A DNA stretch of 64,000 nucleotides from a virus. The notes beneath the pieces were generated by a model. That model did not search any database. It was given only the letters and a program-made list of their open reading frames with translations, and was not told the DNA's origin. Positions 63,007 to 64,000 of this stretch are shown in pieces (positions within the stretch are counted from its first letter, which is position 1; each line of letters opens with the position of its first letter). Location of the stretch: positions 1 through 64,000 of IMG/VR virus record IMGVR_UViG_3300045988_131014. One strand, given 5' to 3'. A program made the translations under genes and the position numbers.

Positions 63007-64000
63007 ATGGCAAAAGCAAGAAAAGCGTCAGTAACAGAAAGTAAATTAGGAATGATTTTATATGGTAAACCATTTACAGGTAAATCAACTATGGCAATGC
63101 AACTTGCGTATTTTAAGCGTCCTAATGGAAAGCCTTTCAGAGTTTTATATCTTGATCCTGAGTCTGGTTCAATTGATGATTACCTTGGCGATTTAGAAGC
63201 AAATGGTGTAAATCTTGAAAATATTTATATTGTTTATACACAGTCTCTTGGAGAAGTAAGACAGTATATTGCAAAGGTAAAGAATAATGAAGATTTTTAT
63301 GAGTTAGACGATGATGGCAATGAAACAGATGATGTTGTTGTAGATGCGGATGGAGAACCATTTAGAGCAGATGCAATCGTTGTTGATGGCACTACAATTC
63401 TTAATTTAACAACAAAACAGGGATTAGTAGAGTTCTCTAAAAAGAGAAATAAGGTTAAAGCTGACAAAGATGGACTTGTAGGAGATGCTAGGCTCGTAAA
63501 AATTGAAGGTGCTGGAATGGAATTAAAGGATTACCAGACTGTTAATTTTAAAGGTCAGGATTTAATTCTTGATTTAATGTCATCTGGTGTTCATTATATT
63601 GTAACTGCAAGAGAAACAGATGAGAAGGAAACAATTAAGTTACCTGATGGAACAACTCAGAGTGTGGTTACTGGAAGAAAGATTCCAGATGGATTTAAAG
63701 GAATGGATCACAATGTTAAGACTGAGATTCGTATGTTTAGAAATGAAGACGGAACAGTTTGTGCATGGATTGAAAAGGATAGAACCCATGTACATGATGA
63801 TTATGTAACTATTGAAGATCCAACATTGGTTGACTGGCAGGCAGTTATTGATAAAACAGCAGGAAAATCAAAATTCGTTCTCAAGAATGATTTAACAAAA
63901 GCTGTTGATATTGAGCAGGATATTTATAGAAAGGAAATTCTTGGTCAGGTTGGCGAACCAGCTGAAGAGGATACTACATCTAATGATGGGCATGCAGATA
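63007..64000 (+). CDS. Sak4-like / AAA_24-type recombination ATPase (3' end outside window)
   Basis: Walker A ILYGKPFTGKST, then LYLDPESG and VVDGTT (Walker B-like). The frame is open to the window end. Confidence 0.6.
   Translation, partial: MAKARKASVTESKLGMILYGKPFTGKSTMAMQLAYFKRPNGKPFRVLYLDPESGSIDDYLGDLEANGVNLENIYIVYTQSLGEVRQYIAKVKNNEDFYELDDDGNETDDVVVDADGEPFRADAIVVDGTTILNLTTKQGLVEFSKKRNKVKADKDGLVGDARLVKIEGAGMELKDYQTVNFKGQDLILDLMSSGVHYIVTARETDEKETIKLPDGTTQSVVTGRKIPDGFKGMDHNVKTEIRMFRNEDGTVCAWIEKDRTHVHDDYVTIEDPTLVDWQAVIDKTAGKSKFVLKNDLTKAVDIEQDIYRKEILGQVGEPAEEDTTSNDGHAD

Noticed and set aside
1-64000. Genome-wide genetic code 4 (TGA = Trp) or code 25 (TGA = Gly)
   Set aside because: Conserved Trp positions in long genes use TGG (for example HEW and IEWGEK in pncB, and all Trp codons in the 852-aa ORF). 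Several genes end in TGA directly before the SD and start of the next gene (23591, 25510 TGATAA, 31739, 33666). Only sporadic internal TGAs remain unexplained.

Overview
The window looks like part of a large, AT-rich, tailed-phage genome that infects a low-GC Gram-positive host. Evidence is the GGAGG-type ribosome-binding sites and sigma-A-type promoters. It could also be a big prophage or phage-plasmid. No structural or lysis genes are present.

Layout:
- **1-14.6 kb** is mostly reverse-strand. It carries scattered tRNA genes with no encoded CCA, separated by unusually long non-coding and apparently structured spacers. It also carries Ku, a tyrosine integrase, a homing-endonuclease-like gene, HU, a metallophosphoesterase, and an 852-aa protein with a beta-prime-like RxPxxxH...DxDxD signature (candidate YonO-like single-subunit RNA polymerase).
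- **14.6-18.9 kb** is a divergent control region. It has iteron-like repeats, a C10 tract, a C-depleted GT-rich repeat zone, three tandem consensus promoters and a roughly 400-nt leader.
- **18.9-64 kb** is a long forward-strand array. It starts with dozens of small early-type ORFs, many of them CxxC zinc ribbons, plus XRE, AbrB and HicA-like genes. Next comes an integrase-XRE-RHH-MazF cassette, then two tRNAs, a sigma factor and a DUF262 protein.
- That array then carries an RNA and NAD maintenance block: an RlaP fragment, CCA-adding enzyme, DHH phosphoesterase, Dcm, and a complete pncA-pncB-nadD-nadE operon.
- It ends with Dam, HNH, RNA ligase plus kinase-HD, PTH2, a PAPS-reductase-like gene, LemA, and the start of a replication/recombination module (SSB-like and Sak4-like ATPase).

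Most notable observations:
- A phage-borne four-enzyme Preiss-Handler NAD+ pathway, a candidate counter-defence system.
- A tRNA repair and maturation toolkit.
- The candidate non-canonical RNA polymerase, together with a highly over-represented AACAGAGAATAA junction motif.
- Four otherwise intact genes with a single in-frame TGA, plus a related frameshift at a TGA in a fifth gene.
- Several large unexplained non-coding RNAs next to tRNAs.

All calls rest on reading the sequence and remembered family motifs. No searches were run.
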